DNA of 64,000 nucleotides from Selaginella moellendorffii (Eukaryota; Plantae; Lycopodiophyta): the NCBI RefSeq assembly GCF_000143415.4, contig NW_003314262.1:293673-357672 (forward strand), given 5' to 3'. Shown piece by piece: positions 13,695 to 27,800 of this stretch. A program made the translations under genes and the position numbers. Every line of letters starts with the position of its first letter. Position 1 is the stretch's first letter. Under the pieces are notes generated by a model, which did no database searches, was not told the origin of the DNA, and saw only the letters and a list, made by a program, of their open reading frames with translations.

Positions 13695-14289
13695 TGTAAG
13701 CTCCTGAGTTTGGACTTCCCGGGAGGTCACCCAGCCCAGTACTATTCAAACCCAAGGACGCTTAACTCCAAATATCCCAAGACCCTTAACCGATTGGAAA
13801 AAGGGGTGCACTCTTATTCATGGGCCCTTTCCCTCTATATTTGAACCCCAACGGATTGTCTCTCGAGTCGTTCCCTTTGGTTGCTTACAATCCACCACGC
13901 TTCCCTGCAAGTTCACGCCCTCGTGAACGGAAGCTGAGAGCCGCAGCTCTCCCGAGAGCCCCACTCTCTTGACACCCTACCCCTTGGGTCGAGCCCAGCG
14001 GGAACAAACTGGACCAGCTAGATGTCAATCAACATGTGGTGTGATTCCCTTAGCCAACCAACAGAGTCGGACCCGAGACCCCTCTAATACCAAATGTAAG
14101 CTCCTGAGTTTGGACTTCCCGGGAGGTCACCCAGCCCAGTACTATTCAAACCCAAGGACGCTTAACTCCAAATATCCCAAGACCCTTAACCGATTGGAAA
14201 AAGGGGTGCACTCTTATTCATGGGCCCTTTCCCTCTATATTTGAACCCCAACGGATTGTCTCTCGAGTCGTTCCCTTTGGTTGCTTACA
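13695..14289 (-). mobile_element. Cassandra TRIM (5S-rRNA-bearing LTRs) inserted in the gypsy integrase
   Basis: Apparently identical 195-bp LTRs 13695-13889 and 14095-14289 (TGTAAG...CTTACA); ~205-bp internal region; minus-strand PBS TGGTATTAGAG; TSD CAAGT on both sides. Confidence 0.95.
13712..13767 (-). promoter_or_regulatory. 5S rRNA-derived internal Pol III promoter (A-box/IE/C-box) in the Cassandra LTR; second copy 14112-14167
   Basis: Minus strand reads AGTTAAGCGTCCTTGGGTTTGAATAGTACTGGGCTGGGTGACCTCCCGGGAAGTCC, matching the plant 5S core. Confidence 0.9.
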
Positions 14290-15370
14290 CAAGTATGGGT
14301 CATAGTGGATCGGTTGACAAAGTATGTGCGGTTGTTGGCTCTTCGGAAGACTGTCACTGCCTCAAACTTGGCTGCGGTTTACTTGGAGAAGGTTTTTCCT
14401 GATTTTGGTTTGCCGGAGGACATCATTAGTGATCGAGATTCAAAGTTCACCAATGGATTTTGGAAAAGCTTTGCAAAGGCTATGCAAGTGACTTTGAAAC
14501 TCTCGAGTGGCGATCATCCTCAGACGGATGGGCAAACTGAGCGTGTGAATCAGGTGGTGGAGGATATGCTGCGTTGTAGCATTGGTCAAAGGCAAGGTCA
14601 GTGGGATCTATATCTTCCATTGGTGCAATTTGCTTACAACAATAGCCAACACAGTGGAACCAAACTAAGTCCTTATTTTGCCATGTTTGGAAGGCATCCT
14701 CGAACAGCGGTGGAGTTGGGTTTGCATTTAAGTAAGGACATTCAAGATAAGCTTGATTCCAAAGCGACTGATTTGGCCACAGAACTTGATGAGATTTTGG
14801 TGGTGTGCAAACGGAATTTGCAAGTAGCTCAGGATAGAGTAGAGAAACTTGCCAATGAGCATCGCCAATTCCAGGAATATAAGGTGGGTGGTCTCGTCTT
14901 TGTTCAAGTGATCTTTCCGTCAAGTGAGCGGCGGAACACCTTGGTGCCTTTATGGACAGGGAAGAGTGATAAATTTTTCCATCAATATGCTGGTCCATAT
15001 GAAGTGCTAGAGCGTATTGGTAAAGCGGCTTATCGGGTGCGGCTGCCAGCTGGGGTGAAAATTCATCCGGTATTTTATGTCAGCCAGTTGAAAGGTGTAC
15101 TATCTCGGAGTGACGGGCCCAATGCCTCCTTGATGTATACGGCTGTGGAAGATGGACCAGGAGCTTGATCAGGGTTCCCCAGAAAGGGTGATCACCGGTA
15201 CAACTCGTCCTTGGGATAAAGACTTTGTTGGGGGGGAAGAATTGTTAGGCGTCAGCTTTGACTATGTGGTCAATGTCGGTCAAAAAGGGAGGCTCAAGGG
15301 TATATTAAGGCATATTAGGGTAAGGGACTAACCTACCCTAGGGCTCACAGTTGAGCGGCGGCGCAGTGGA

Positions 15371-15614
15371 GCTTTTGAGGTAGCTCGGGGGTGGTTGGGT
15401 GGTGAGGAACCTCAAGAGGTGGCGTAGCATAGTCTAGGGCGACTAGATCTCTGTCTTTTTACGCCAGATCATAATAGTCAAAGCCAACAAGTGCTTTTGA
15501 GGTAGCTTGGGGGTGGTTGGGTGGTGAGGAACCTCAAGAGGTGGCATAGCATAGTCTAGGGCGACTAGATCTCTGTCTTTTTGCGCCGGATCATAACAGT
15601 GAAAGCCAACAAGT
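15371..15614 (+). repeat. ~122-bp tandem duplication spanning the 3' LTR/flank junction
   Basis: LTR end plus TSD plus AGCCAACAAGTGC occurs twice (near 15476 and 15598). Confidence 0.85.
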
Positions 15615-16009
15615 GCAAACGGTCAATGGCAAATTTCTTCCTTTATTTCTTTTCAGAACTTTAAGCGTCGAATATAGCTTTGCCTCTCTTGGGTCCTCAG
15701 TGGAGGATGGACAAACTTCACACCAGGACTTTCACTGGCTGCTGGCTTCAGTCTTGTATGTTTGTCTAAAGTTTCGTATTTCCCATTTGGAATTGGGTAG
15801 CACAGCTGAGGATGTTTACCTGGGTGAGGAAGAACTTAAGGTTGGATTTATCGAATCCAGACCAACTGGATAGAGCAACGGTTTTGCCAGTTCAAGTCTT
15901 AGAAGCTCTTTTCTCTTCCAAGCTTATCAAGAAAGTATTTTTCTTACACTTTGAGACATACCATTTTGCTAAAATTTTGCAGAATGATTTTCGGGCAAAA
16001 TAATCAATA

Positions 16010-18560
16010 AATCAGCCATTAAAAAAGTCTAGGAATTGTTTTGGAAAACTCTCCATCTTAAAGAAAGATTGACTCTCAGTTTAGGAATACAAACTTTCAA
16101 GACTCATCATATTAACATAAATTCTCATGACCCAACAACATACTTAAACATTGAATAATATGCCCATATAATCAACACTGGCACCATTATCCATAAATGT
16201 TAATAAATACCCAAAACTTGATCACAAAGATTACATCTTTAAATATCCATACTGCATTTACACTTTTTTTCAATCATCTTCAAGTTATAAAATGCACCAA
16301 GACACTAACAACAAAAATGACATGAAAAATCAATTTCTATAGAAAATTCTTTATCACTTCGAAATAACAATGCCATTCTCACTAACATAAGTGCTAGTAA
16401 TGTCAACATTTTAACTACACACCTTTTATATCCAACAATCTACTTCAAGTGCTAATGGATTCACTTACAAGTTATAGCAAATAAATGTTATAACCTTTTC
16501 TAACAAAAGACTCTCAAGAACCAAGGTACCAACTCAAGTTTAGCATAAAGGATCACTATTGAGAACTAAGTCAAAATTACTTTAATGTTACTATTTACAA
16601 ATAAACAAGTTTCATTATTAACCACTTTGGGGTTAATCATTGTTTAACCAAGCAACTTTGTAAACACATTGCTCACTATCACATGGATATGATATAAAAA
16701 TCACAATGACTTAATCATCAATCAAGCAATACCACTAGCAAACCCACATTATTACTTCAAAAGTTAACATGAGTATTAAATGTCAACTTTATTCGACAAT
16801 ATATAACATAAATGCCACAACCCACCAATAGAGATTTATGACACTTAACACCACTAAATAACTCACAACACAAGCAAGCTCATATTGCTCTTGTTCCGAC
16901 AAAATTTAAAACTAATCCAACACCAAGTTACTCAAGGAGCAATAACAAAGTTCCTTAGCAAAGAAATAAACATTGCAACCAAAGTCTTCAATAACAAACC
17001 TAGATAAAATGATTTAGTGTTCCACCACTATCCATCCCACTATTTGTCACTTGTAAGACTATTATAACTAATATACATCAATATAAGGACTCTTGATTAC
17101 ATGATGTGAACACGAGTAATGAGTTAACACTTCGTTACAAATCATCTCTCCAAAAGAGAAAATGATTTAAGTGTTTGATCTTTCATCCTTGATGACTATC
17201 TTTTCAGTTTCAACTTGACTAAACCTCAAGATTATATTCACACTACCTTTAGTTCAATCCAAGAAAAGTTATGAAAGAGCACAAAAATGACTATATGAAC
17301 TAATAGACTACTCTCTACAGTCTTGATTTACTTAAGGAACAAATGCAAATTAATAGCACCCAAATATATATTCACTCAGATCATCATTTTCATCTTTATA
17401 TATACAATGAGATTAGTTGACTCATTGGATAGTATTTATTGAGACTCATCCTCTAATACCAAATGTAGTGTATATGGTTTTCACCCTTTATTTTGGTGGT
17501 TTACTATAAGATAATCATTGAGCGGAACCTTATCCCTCCATGTAGCATATGCCACATACCATGTGTCCAAGAACAACAGAGTAAAACTTGAGTTTTAGAG
17601 TCTTATGCCACTGAATAAAGGGATGGAGTCAAACTCCTAAGCATGGAGCCAAAGAGCGAAGGAAATAGAGCATGAAATGACTCTTGAGTATACAACCTAA
17701 AGAGCAAAGGGTCAAAAGCACGGAGTGATTTAGAATAGTTCTAGAGTTTATAACATCTAAATGCCAAGATTAATATGCAAAACAGAGTCAAATAAAGTAT
17801 AGTGCTATTTCAACATACCAATGGCTTAACATAAGGATATGGATACTTCACTAGCTAGCATGGTATGGAGTTTGGGCTTAGACCCAACTTAGATGCAAAA
17901 TAAAAATAGATATGCAAACAAAAGTTAGACTATGTATCAAGTTAGTCAGCCATACTTAACTTACCCACTATCCTTACTATACATTTAGAACCCCCCACTG
18001 TTGGCCCCTCTCCCTCTTGAGGAACACATTCTTTGAGCTTTCACCTCAGTCCTTGGGATAATTACAAAAACTTACTAAATATGGAATGGCATTAATTTAG
18101 ATATAGGAACAACACCATTGTGTTCAAAATAATCTTAATATTTTGTAGATATGCCAAATTAGTAAATTTAGACACTTCTATAAATATTTAATGGGACCAA
18201 ACGGGACCAATATATGGGGCATGATAGTGAGGGTGCTTAGTAGGCATGGTAAACTATCATCTAGCAATATTAAGGGATTAATCTCAATACACAAAAGTTT
18301 TTATTAAGCTAGTGCAAGACAGAATAAAAGAAAACTAAAAGTCAGGCCAAGTATACTCAACAAGAAACACATAGGAGTTCCTACCTTATGTTATTTGGGC
18401 TAAGTATAGATGCTAAGCCCAATTTACTAACACTTGAACAAGAGGGGCTGAAAAAGAAACCAACAGTATTGACCTTTTATTGTCATAGCAGTAAAGATAA
18501 AATATTTAAAAAGACTAGCTTATAAAAGTTTTTTGATACCTACAGTCATATTCGCAATAA
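16010..18560 (-). mobile_element. Degenerate LARD-like non-coding LTR element (family C): internal part, PBS, LTR ~17464-18000, adjacent 3' internal part
   Basis: Diverged homology to 54660-56460 and 50940-51520; CTCTAATACCAAA|TGTAGTG at 17451-17470. Confidence 0.7.
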
Positions 18561-19439
18561 GTGTGATGTTGTAGAAAGTCACAAAATTATAAGTTTCTAA
18601 AAAAAGTAGGAGGGCATTCTTTTGCACCCAATTTATTACACCTTTTGTCATTGCATTTATCTTCAACTTATGAGTACTATTCTCTCTATATATTTTTTGT
18701 GTGGTTTGGTTGTGTTGTGCAATAGACAACTATTGCAACTCCTAACCTTTGAATTACTACTCTATAAAAAAAGATTGCAAGGGTTAAAACTAAATAGCAC
18801 AAACATTTATGTGTACTTTTCTTTATTCAAATGAGAGTGTAAGTGAAGATTTATAAATTTTATACATTATACTATGACAAACCCCTTAACATTGTATTTT
18901 AGAGAAGAACCAAATATCTCCTTTATATGCAACAAGCTTATATCGATGATTATATTTTTTACATTTCAAATAGTTACATGGCCTATATATTGTAAATAGT
19001 TACATACAGAAGAGAAATATGGATATATAAAACTGCTTTATTTTATAAAATAATTTTTGTAATTACAATTTGTGAATGTATGGAATATGGGAATGGAATA
19101 CAAAAATGGAATACAGAAATGTGCAAATTAATTAACCTAAAAACCCTAACTTATATGTAGGAGCAAATGGTCCAAATTGAAACCAATCTAATAGCTATTA
19201 GAATCCCACTATGCTAATATTAATATACAACATTCTAGTTGTACGCATAGCCCTCACATGGATATAAGGTAGGAATTCTTATGTGTTTCTAGATAAGCAT
19301 ACTTGGCCTAGCTCTTAGTTCTCTTCTTGATATTCCTCTAGATCCTAGCTCGTCCACTATAGAACCTAAGTGTTTTCCATCATTCTGAGAGGAAGGGATT
19401 GGTGGATCTATAGGTAGTGTTAGTTGTTCGTGATCTCTT

Positions 19440-22400
19440 TATATGAAGCATTTTAATTAATGTATATGCATAATTTTTGGAGGATTGGTTTGTTAGACAC
19501 CATGCCGAACCTTATAAACTTGCAATCCAATTTATCACAACACCCGATATGGTCCCTTCCACTAAACAAGGAGCCCTTTAGATAAACCACATACTATAAA
19601 ATTAGGAAAACAAAATAATACCAAGTTATCCATTTTGTACTTCGTAGGTGGATAATGATAGGAGTTATAGCACCATTTTTGTCCCATTTATACATGGCCT
19701 AAATGTTCAGTAGACTCTGCTCAGACAAGTGAAAGAATGCTCGTCAAATACTAATCCCAAGACCTAGCATTGGCAGCTTATAGCAATTGCAAAGGTAAAC
19801 TCAATTCTATTGATAGTATTGGATTATAACTATATAGGAATTTATATGGTGAAGTACCAATAGAACTTTATACCCCTTGTAGTGCACTCTATCTTTTTTG
19901 TCTTAAATCAACTGGAAAAGAGGTAATTGCTTGGTCAGAGAGCCCTTAGTGGCTATTTTATCCCCATGTATCCCCTAAATTTCTAAGGATTTATGATGAT
20001 ATTATATCTAAATCTAATCCCATGATCACATGTGCTACACTCTTGTGATATACGTATATCGAAGAGATGCCAAATAACCATTCTAATCTGAATGTTAAAA
20101 GTTTATATACTTTGATCATCCCTTTGAAGGTTTGAATGAGCTGTTCCACTAAACCATCTAACTGTGGATGATAAACACTTGTGATAATGTAGCATATCCT
20201 CAAAGACATCAAAATGTGAAATGCCTTAGCCATAAATGTGGGACTATTATCCGAAAGAATTCACTCGGGATAGGAATGCTGGAACACCACTTGATTAAGG
20301 AGGAAGTATCTAACAACAGTTGCAAATGCACTAACAAAAGCATTGACTTCTATTTAGGAAGTCAAGTTATCAAAAACAATAATGATATACTCATTGTCAA
20401 TAGTCAACTGTGGAAAAAGCCCTATTAGATCAAATACCACTAACTCAAACGAATGAGAAATTGTAATTAACTCCAACTATCCTTCTACAGCACAAGGGGG
20501 AGTATGACGAACTTGGCACTAAACACAGTTATGCACATACTAAATAACATTATTCACAACTTTAGCTAATAGGAAGACCTTCACAACTTTTTGGTCACAT
20601 GATGATGTCCCATATACCCACCTAGAATAGGAGAATCATGGTAGGTATGGAGAAAGTGTGGAATAAAAATCAAAGGCACCATCAGTCATAAATAATCATC
20701 AGGATCTATCCCCACAAAATAAAGGAGACTGTGTTTAAAGTTATATTGAGAATGTAAATGCCAAAATGGCAAGTCATCAAAAAGTGATGCAGGATTCGCA
20801 AACCCATTGCAAAGGCTTTGAATCTATGACTCAATTTTTTAAGCCTCACAAACCTTGTCAAGAGAAGGTAAATCTTGCTTTGCACCTTGTGGATATTGAA
20901 TATTAAGTATAGTGACTGCCGACAATATGGAATCCTCATCCAAAAAACCCATAGATGCTGGAATAACAAGCTCGTTAGAAACATAAGAAAAAAGTGAAGA
21001 AGGAAGAAGAGCTCGAGAAAGGGCATCAGCGTCACCCATAGAACTCCCTAGGTAATGAAAAACATTAAAATTATATATTTGAATATTTAAAGCCCACTGT
21101 ACAATACAACCAAGTTCTTTTGCTTCAATAATGAAGTAACTGCAGCATGATCACTTTCTGGTAATGTCTAAGAATCATGTAAATATGCATGAAGTTTCTC
21201 GAAACCCCAAACTATTGCTAAACACTTTTTCTTTGTTGTAGAGTAGTTCACCTCCATTGGTTGTAACATATGGTTGATATATGCAATAAGATGGTATTGA
21301 CCAGGCACACTCGAGCTCTCTTGCAACAACACACCTCTAAAACTAATATAAAAAACATCTATATGCAAAATAAAGGGCTAAATGTAGTCAGGATATGCCA
21401 AAATTGGAGGAATCATCAATAACTTTTTGAGATCGCAAATGCCTATTCACAGTTTATAGACCAAATGAAAGATGATGTTGACAATTTTAGCAACACTCAC
21501 AATGGTGCAATGCGATCAAAAAGATGATAAAAAAATGACAAAAATCCACACCTTGCCCAAAAAGTGCTACACATCATTCACACATTTTAGAGTAGGGGAA
21601 CTTTAGAACACCCACAAATTTATCAAGATCAATTTACAAACCTTTATGAAAAATACAATACCCAAGATAAGTCGTGTCCTTGGACCCAAACACGCACTTC
21701 GACCATTTCAGCTTTAAACTAATTTCTTGTAGCCGATCTAACACCTTACAAACATCACGGGTGTGTTCTTTCTATATCCCCTCCCAGTGGATCAAAACAT
21801 TATTAATGAAGTCAGTAGTCACTTCTGGCATATCGCAAAGAACTTTGTCCATCATTTGCTGAAAAATTGTTATAGCATTGTTTAAATCAAATAGCATCAC
21901 CAAGAATTCATACAAATTAAACAATGTATGAAAAATAGTTTTAGGAATATCTTCCTTGGGCATCACTACTTACCAATGCCCAAAAGTAAGATCTAACTTG
22001 GTGAATCATCGACTTCTCCTTAGATGATCCATGATAGTGTGAGGAAGAGGGTACATATGCGGGATTGTCACTTTGTTTAACGGACAATAGTCAATGCAAA
22101 AACAAATACTCTTATCAGGCTTCGTCACAAGATAAGTCATAAGCATTCCCAACTTGATCCACTTTGATATATTTGGCTTCACACGAAGCAAAAAGCTTCG
22201 GAAACAAATGCCAAATTGCATCACTGACTTAGATGGCCCTTAATGAAGATGATGTGATTGTTGCAAAGCATTATCACAATTGTTGACATGTTTAAATGCG
22301 CATTTGAAGACATCTAGGAGAATATTTTAATCCTCACGAGTGGTTGTGTTCAAACCATTGTACCACTGTAGTGCCTTCCCTTGGAGATACATGGGAAACT

Positions 22401-22570
22401 CATGCAAACACCGAATATCATCCCAAGAATGATATGTGGCAATCACTGTAAAGTGATTGAACCAATGGTACACATCATCCCCAAGACTCCTATTGTCGCA
22501 AATATGACTCCAGGTATCGAAAGTTACCTGTCGACTAGTCCTTTTCAGATATTCTTTCCTTATTGCCACA
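19440..22570 (-). pseudogene. Highly degenerate Ty3/gypsy gag-pol remnant
   Basis: Gag-like LQGKALQWY, CFCIDYCPLN, YEFLVMLF, EVNYSTTKKKCLAIVW, DADALSR, YHPQLDGLVE, WKGPYRV. Confidence 0.85.
19878..20039. mobile_element. Solo ~160-bp LTR (TRIM family D) inserted in the integrase remnant
   Basis: TGTAG...GCTACA, homologous to 56629-56790; degenerate TSD CCCCT/CTCTT. Confidence 0.7.
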
Positions 22571-23934
22571 ACAGAAGGTCAGTATTGCTAAACCTATTAT
22601 CAGTCTCCACTTAAACTAGTTGAGAAATTAGTCTCCATATGTGCACTTAACCAAATGAGCATAAGGACGTAATTCCTAAGTGTTATTAGTCAAGCATACT
22701 TGACCTGGTTAGAGAAACTCATTCATTGACTTGCAATTACTTGTGTTAGGAACCCCTGCAATATTGAGTTTAGTCCCTTAATATTCAATAGATGATAGCT
22801 TACCATGTCTGCCAAACACCTCGCTATCATGCATCTTGTGTTAGTACTATTTGGTCCCAATTTCTATTTATGGACACTATCTAGTGTCAAAGATCTACTC
22901 ATTTGGCATATCTATGGAATGTAGATATTGACTTAAACACAATAGTGTTTGTCCCATGTCCAAATTCACAATTTAGAGACATTCCATATTTAATAAATTT
23001 TGAGTTAGTCTTAGAGACTAACTCCTGGTGCTAAGGATGGATAAAGATGAAAGCCCAAAGCGTGTATTCCTCAACCGGGGGGGGGGGGGGGGGCGCTGTG
23101 GGGGGTTCCAAATGTATACTAGGGATAGTGGGTAAGTTGGGCATAGCTGACTAACCTGAGGCATAATTTAGTTTAGTTCCCACTTGTGTGTCTGTCCTTG
23201 TTCTGCATTCAGCTTGGGTCTTGGACACATGGCATGTGACATGTGGCATATGGATGGTTTATATTCTGCTTCATGGTTATCCTATGGTAAATCACCATAG
23301 GATAAAGGGTAAAAACCATGTACGTTACATTTGGTATCAGAGGATGAGTCTTGGTGAGTACTATCCAATGAGATTGGGGACCTAGTCTTGTTGCATACGC
23401 AGAGATGAAAACGATGATCTGAGTGGGTACACGTTTGGTGCAATTGTTCCTTGGTATAAAATTTTGGTTACCTTTCGTATTAGATTATATAAGCTTTTGC
23501 TTGGGCTCATAGGATGGATTGATATATTCCATTTTACACAAGTTTGCGTTTGGGCTCCTAAGTGAGGCACATTAGCAACTCAAAGTTACACTTTGAGTTG
23601 GCAAGATTAATTTTAGCCTATTGGTGGTTCATTAATTGTTCCTTCTACTGTAGGTGAAAGTAAGCCTCTTCTGGGTTTGCTATGAGTGGCAAATAAGCTA
23701 ATCCGTAGCTATTTAGCATGGCATTAGTGGAACAACCAAGACTATAGGGAATAGTCTATTAGTTCAAGTAGTCATTATCATGCTCTTTTATAAACTTTTC
23801 GTGGATTAAATTGAAGGCAGTGCAAAAGCAAGCTTGAGGTTTGGTCAAAGATGAGACTAAAAAAAGAGTTATCAGGGACAAAGGATCAAACATGTAAATC
23901 ATCTTCTCTTTTTAGAGAGATGATTTACAATGAG
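22570..23934 (+). mobile_element. Family C LTR element fragment: 3' internal region, PPT, internally deleted LTR (~23098-23329), PBS, 5' internal region
   Basis: G-run PPT at ~23077-23094; ...ACGTTACA|TTTGGTATCAGAG at 23329; homology to 47416 onward. Confidence 0.75.
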
Positions 23935-24815
23935 TGTAAGCCATAAATTTTTCCTTTTTAATTTACTTGCTTACCTCATCTATCCAACTAACATTGCCTT
24001 GGCCTTAGCTAAGTTCCCTCACCAAGGTTTCTACCTTTTGTACCAGCTCTTACTTGGTCCTACTTGGTTTCAGCTACTCACTGCACGAGCAACGGAGCGT
24101 TAGCCATCCATCCACAGATTCGTAATCTCTCCCAATAAGCTCTATTTCGTTAAAGTGGGAATTGTCATTATCCCACTTGTAAAATAAGGTTTCCAAACCT
24201 TTATATAGTATATAAATATAACAAAATTCAACTGCATTGAGGCACATGCCATTTTATTTTAAACAAGGAAATGTCTACTCAATCACTTCTCCTCCCCCTG
24301 CCACTGCTTCACCTCTCTCTTCTCCTTGTCATTGTTGTCCAATTTCTTTCCATCCTTTTAATATTGGCTCAGTTGCTCCCAGTCTAGGTGGAGCCCAAGT
24401 CCCCATTCAATCTTTACTTTCCCCTTATTAATAAAACAACTTTGTAGACTTCCAATAACATGCTGTAACACTTCTAGTATAATGCAAATCCTCTCAAAGA
24501 ATTGTCTTTTAATATTAATACAATGGCATGGAACCCCATGCCATAATAAGTTACATTTTTAAATAAATACATGCCATCTCAGACTGTTATTTTTTGCCTC
24601 CAACGCCTATACAATAATCTTGGAATTTCATCACTCTCCACACTATCAGGATTTAAACCCAATAGTAATGCCATCTCTTCTCTAATACGTCCATGCTCAT
24701 GTTCAGTGGTCGAAGAACCCATCCGGTTGAGCAGATTATGGAGATGCGGATAGTGCTTGGCTAGACAATATACATGCCATAAATGATGACTGGTGTTTGT
24801 CCGATCAAATGGCTT

Positions 24816-27800
24816 CTAATATACCGTTCCATCTGCCATTTGGTTGATTTCTGCAGCCACCTCCTGGATTGGCCGGTTCTCTATCACCATCGCTCCAAGC
24901 CATTTTGCAAGGTCCCCCAGAACATATGGTTTCTTCTCCCTAGTTTCCATACTACAAGAGATGGGGTGCACTGCATATGTGTGCGTGTTCACTGCAGTTT
25001 TAATCGGCGAGTCATCGATGATGAGGATTTCACTTGACCTAGCAGTCCGGTTCATCACTACAACCTCTGGCTTGACGAAGATGGGCTTGCTACCCCTCAC
25101 ATGGACCATAGTCAAGCAATCCTCCTGCGTTAGGAGAAAGTCAAATGGTAATATTACTTGCGTTTGATTGTGCATCATCTGTAGCAACGTTAATGCATTA
25201 TGGCACATCATGGATGTCCAAACTCCCAATTGCAAATTGAACCCGGCCCTCTGTTTTAAGTGTCGCATGGTCATTATTAGATCCCGCAGTTTCTCCCGTG
25301 TGATTAATGTGAATCTGTCTCTTTTGACCAACTTGCGACCACAGGCTTTGGAGGGTGCAATGACATTCGAGGACGAGCCACGCTCATGGGAGAAAAGGAC
25401 ACCGTTCAGATCAAAAACGATACAGTACCTTCGCCGTGACTCTGAAATGAAATGCGTCAGCATAAAAAATGGTACAAGTCAATTTTACCATCTATAATAT
25501 TAGCGAATGGTGCTCCCGATGGTCGTTGAGAGGGTTTTAGTCGAGGAAACGTGAAGGGCGGAAATACTCTCCTCTGCAATGTGGGGTCAATCGCATCCGA
25601 TGGCGTGTGGGCACATGCCATTTCAGCTATAGACTCTGGTACAACTGGCTCAACAGTGGCATGGGGTGGTTCCGATGGCGTGTGATCACACGCCATTTCA
25701 GCTGGTGCCTCCGTTGGCAAAGTGGACATGACCGAACAGGCAGCAGGGGCGGTGTAGGGAGGTTCCAACGGCGCGTAGTCAGATGATTGGGCATACATTG
25801 AGTCTGTTGGAAATGAGGATACGACTGGCTCGGCGGCTGGGGCGACCTCATGTGGGTCCAATGGCGCCTGGTCACCGTCAGTTGGATACGTGGACAAGAT
25901 TGACTCAGTGGTATGGGTAGCATCAAGTGGAGCGTGGTCAGCTTGCTTGGTGTTGATATGGATAGTAGCCTCCACCAGCTCTGATGACTCTTGCAGGCAA
26001 GTAGAGTCCACTGGCGGATCCATATGCATGTCCAAATATCTCCCTTCGATTGAGATGGTATCCTCCCTACTGGCTACTAAAAACAAACTCATTAGCACAT
26101 TGAATCGACTATACTGTATTTACCATCAACTACTATTGAGGAACTAGGACCGATATCACTTGGGCGCACTGCTGATTCTGAAGGATTGGACATACGTTTC
26201 GACCCTTGCTTGGCACTATCCTTCCTCGACACTAAAGGCTAGAGTTTGTATCTTAATTCAACTGAATAATCTTTACTTACCATTTGCTCTGCGACCTACA
26301 TGGACAATGTTAGAAATGGTAAAAGGTTAGGAATGGATGTGCTATTATTTACCTGATGGTTTGTCTTGTATGACCTTCCTCCGCTGCTCTTTGGCCACCT
26401 CAGGCTGGCCATCGTCGTCATCATCGTCGTCGTCGTTATTGTAATTGTCACCATTGTGAGGACCATCCAAGTCCTCTTTGTCCTCCTCTTCTTCGTCCTC
26501 CTCTTCTTTGTCCTCCTCTTCGTCCTTCTGCTCTTCCTGCTCATTATCTTTCTTTGGCTCCTCATCCCCCTCCTGCATTTCTTCCATAGGCTGCTCAGGC
26601 TGGATGGCTTGTTCTTCCAGGACCATCTTGGGAAAATCATCTGGCCAAGTCTCCATCTCAAAATACAAGACATCCATAGCCTGTTTTAGTGCGTGGCCTA
26701 GGACCGTATCCTCACCCGACTGTCTTAACATGGTTTCTGCACGTTCTTGCACCCTTTGAAGATGACGAGATGAGAAAAACGTGGCCCTGACTTGAAAAGC
26801 ATCCCTCATCCATTGTACCTCTCCATTGAGATTGGGGAAGGGGAGTCCGCCATAGGAATTTGAGTCAGGAGGTGGTGACTGGTTGCTTTCACTCAGCCCT
26901 TGATCTGCAATGAATGGCATGAGAACACATGCCATAACCGCGAGGAATTACCTATCATCTTTTCGTTGCCCTTCTTCCTTTTCGAATCAAACGCCTTTGA
27001 TCCCGACAACTGTCCAACGTGCTTTCACTGTTTATGACCACTGTCAGTTTGAGCTTGGCTGGTGTTTGCCTGTTTTGCCTTTGAAGAAGTGTCTCCTGCA
27101 AGGAATGGCATGAGACCACACGCCATTGCAAATATAATTTGTACCTCCATTTTTCCTATTGCTTGTCTGTTTATCCTTCTTCGACGCGCCACCAGTGCGC
27201 TTTTCAGTCCTTGTGTCTGAATATTCACAACGATCTATAATCAAAATGGCGTGAGGCCTCACGTGACCTTACCTTGTGTAGGTTGTGAGCTCGGCCCAAC
27301 ATGGGTATCTTCAACAGCAGCTGTTAACGCCGTTTCAACATCTGGGGGTGGCCACGCTCCTACATACAGAGCTTGTGAGATAACATTTAAACTTAAAGTG
27401 CGTACTCACCAGGTTCGCAGAGAAGATACTATTTTTCTTTGGCAACTGTAATTATATGCTCCATTGAAGTCACCTCTTCAATGGAGTTTGTCATTGCAAC
27501 ACACGGGACACCCTTGAGTAGTGCGGCTCGAAAGAATAGTCCGCCGCAGTTGTACTCGACAACGCATTTGCCCTTGGAGTCGGAAGTAGGTGACCCACCC
27601 GCTATTGCGTTGAAGACCCAGTTGAGCATTTCCCATGCTGCACCTGGAGCTTTCTTTGGATTCGAAAGCTCCATAGCCGTCTTCAGTTCCTCAGGCACGG
27701 GTAAATTGACCTCCCTCAGATCAATTCGATTGGCCTTGTCGAACGAAGCTGGGAAGTCACTCCAGTCCCACTCTGCTGCAGGACCAATAACAAGGGTGAG

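Larger units (their letters stand above)
10228..15168 (+). pseudogene. gag-pol (Gag, CCHC knuckle, aspartic protease, RT, RNase H, integrase) with in-frame stops
   Basis: CHHCGELGHYKADC, LLDSGS, RMCIDYR / FLDDIL, VTCDAS, HPQTDGQTERVN, GPYEVL...IHPVF; several TGA/TAG stops. Confidence 0.95.
9986..15598 (+). mobile_element. Ty3/gypsy LTR retrotransposon, full-length but degenerate, short LTRs
   Basis: 5' LTR 9986-10203 (TGTTAG...ATAACA); PBS TGGTATCAGAG at 10205; PPT GGGGGGGAAGAA before the 3' LTR at 15243; TSD GTGAA at 9981-9985 and 15599-15603. Confidence 0.95.

Noticed and set aside
13712-14167. 5S rRNA genes
   Set aside because: Only a ~56-nt internal core, embedded in LTRs with PBS and TSD; this is Cassandra, not rDNA.
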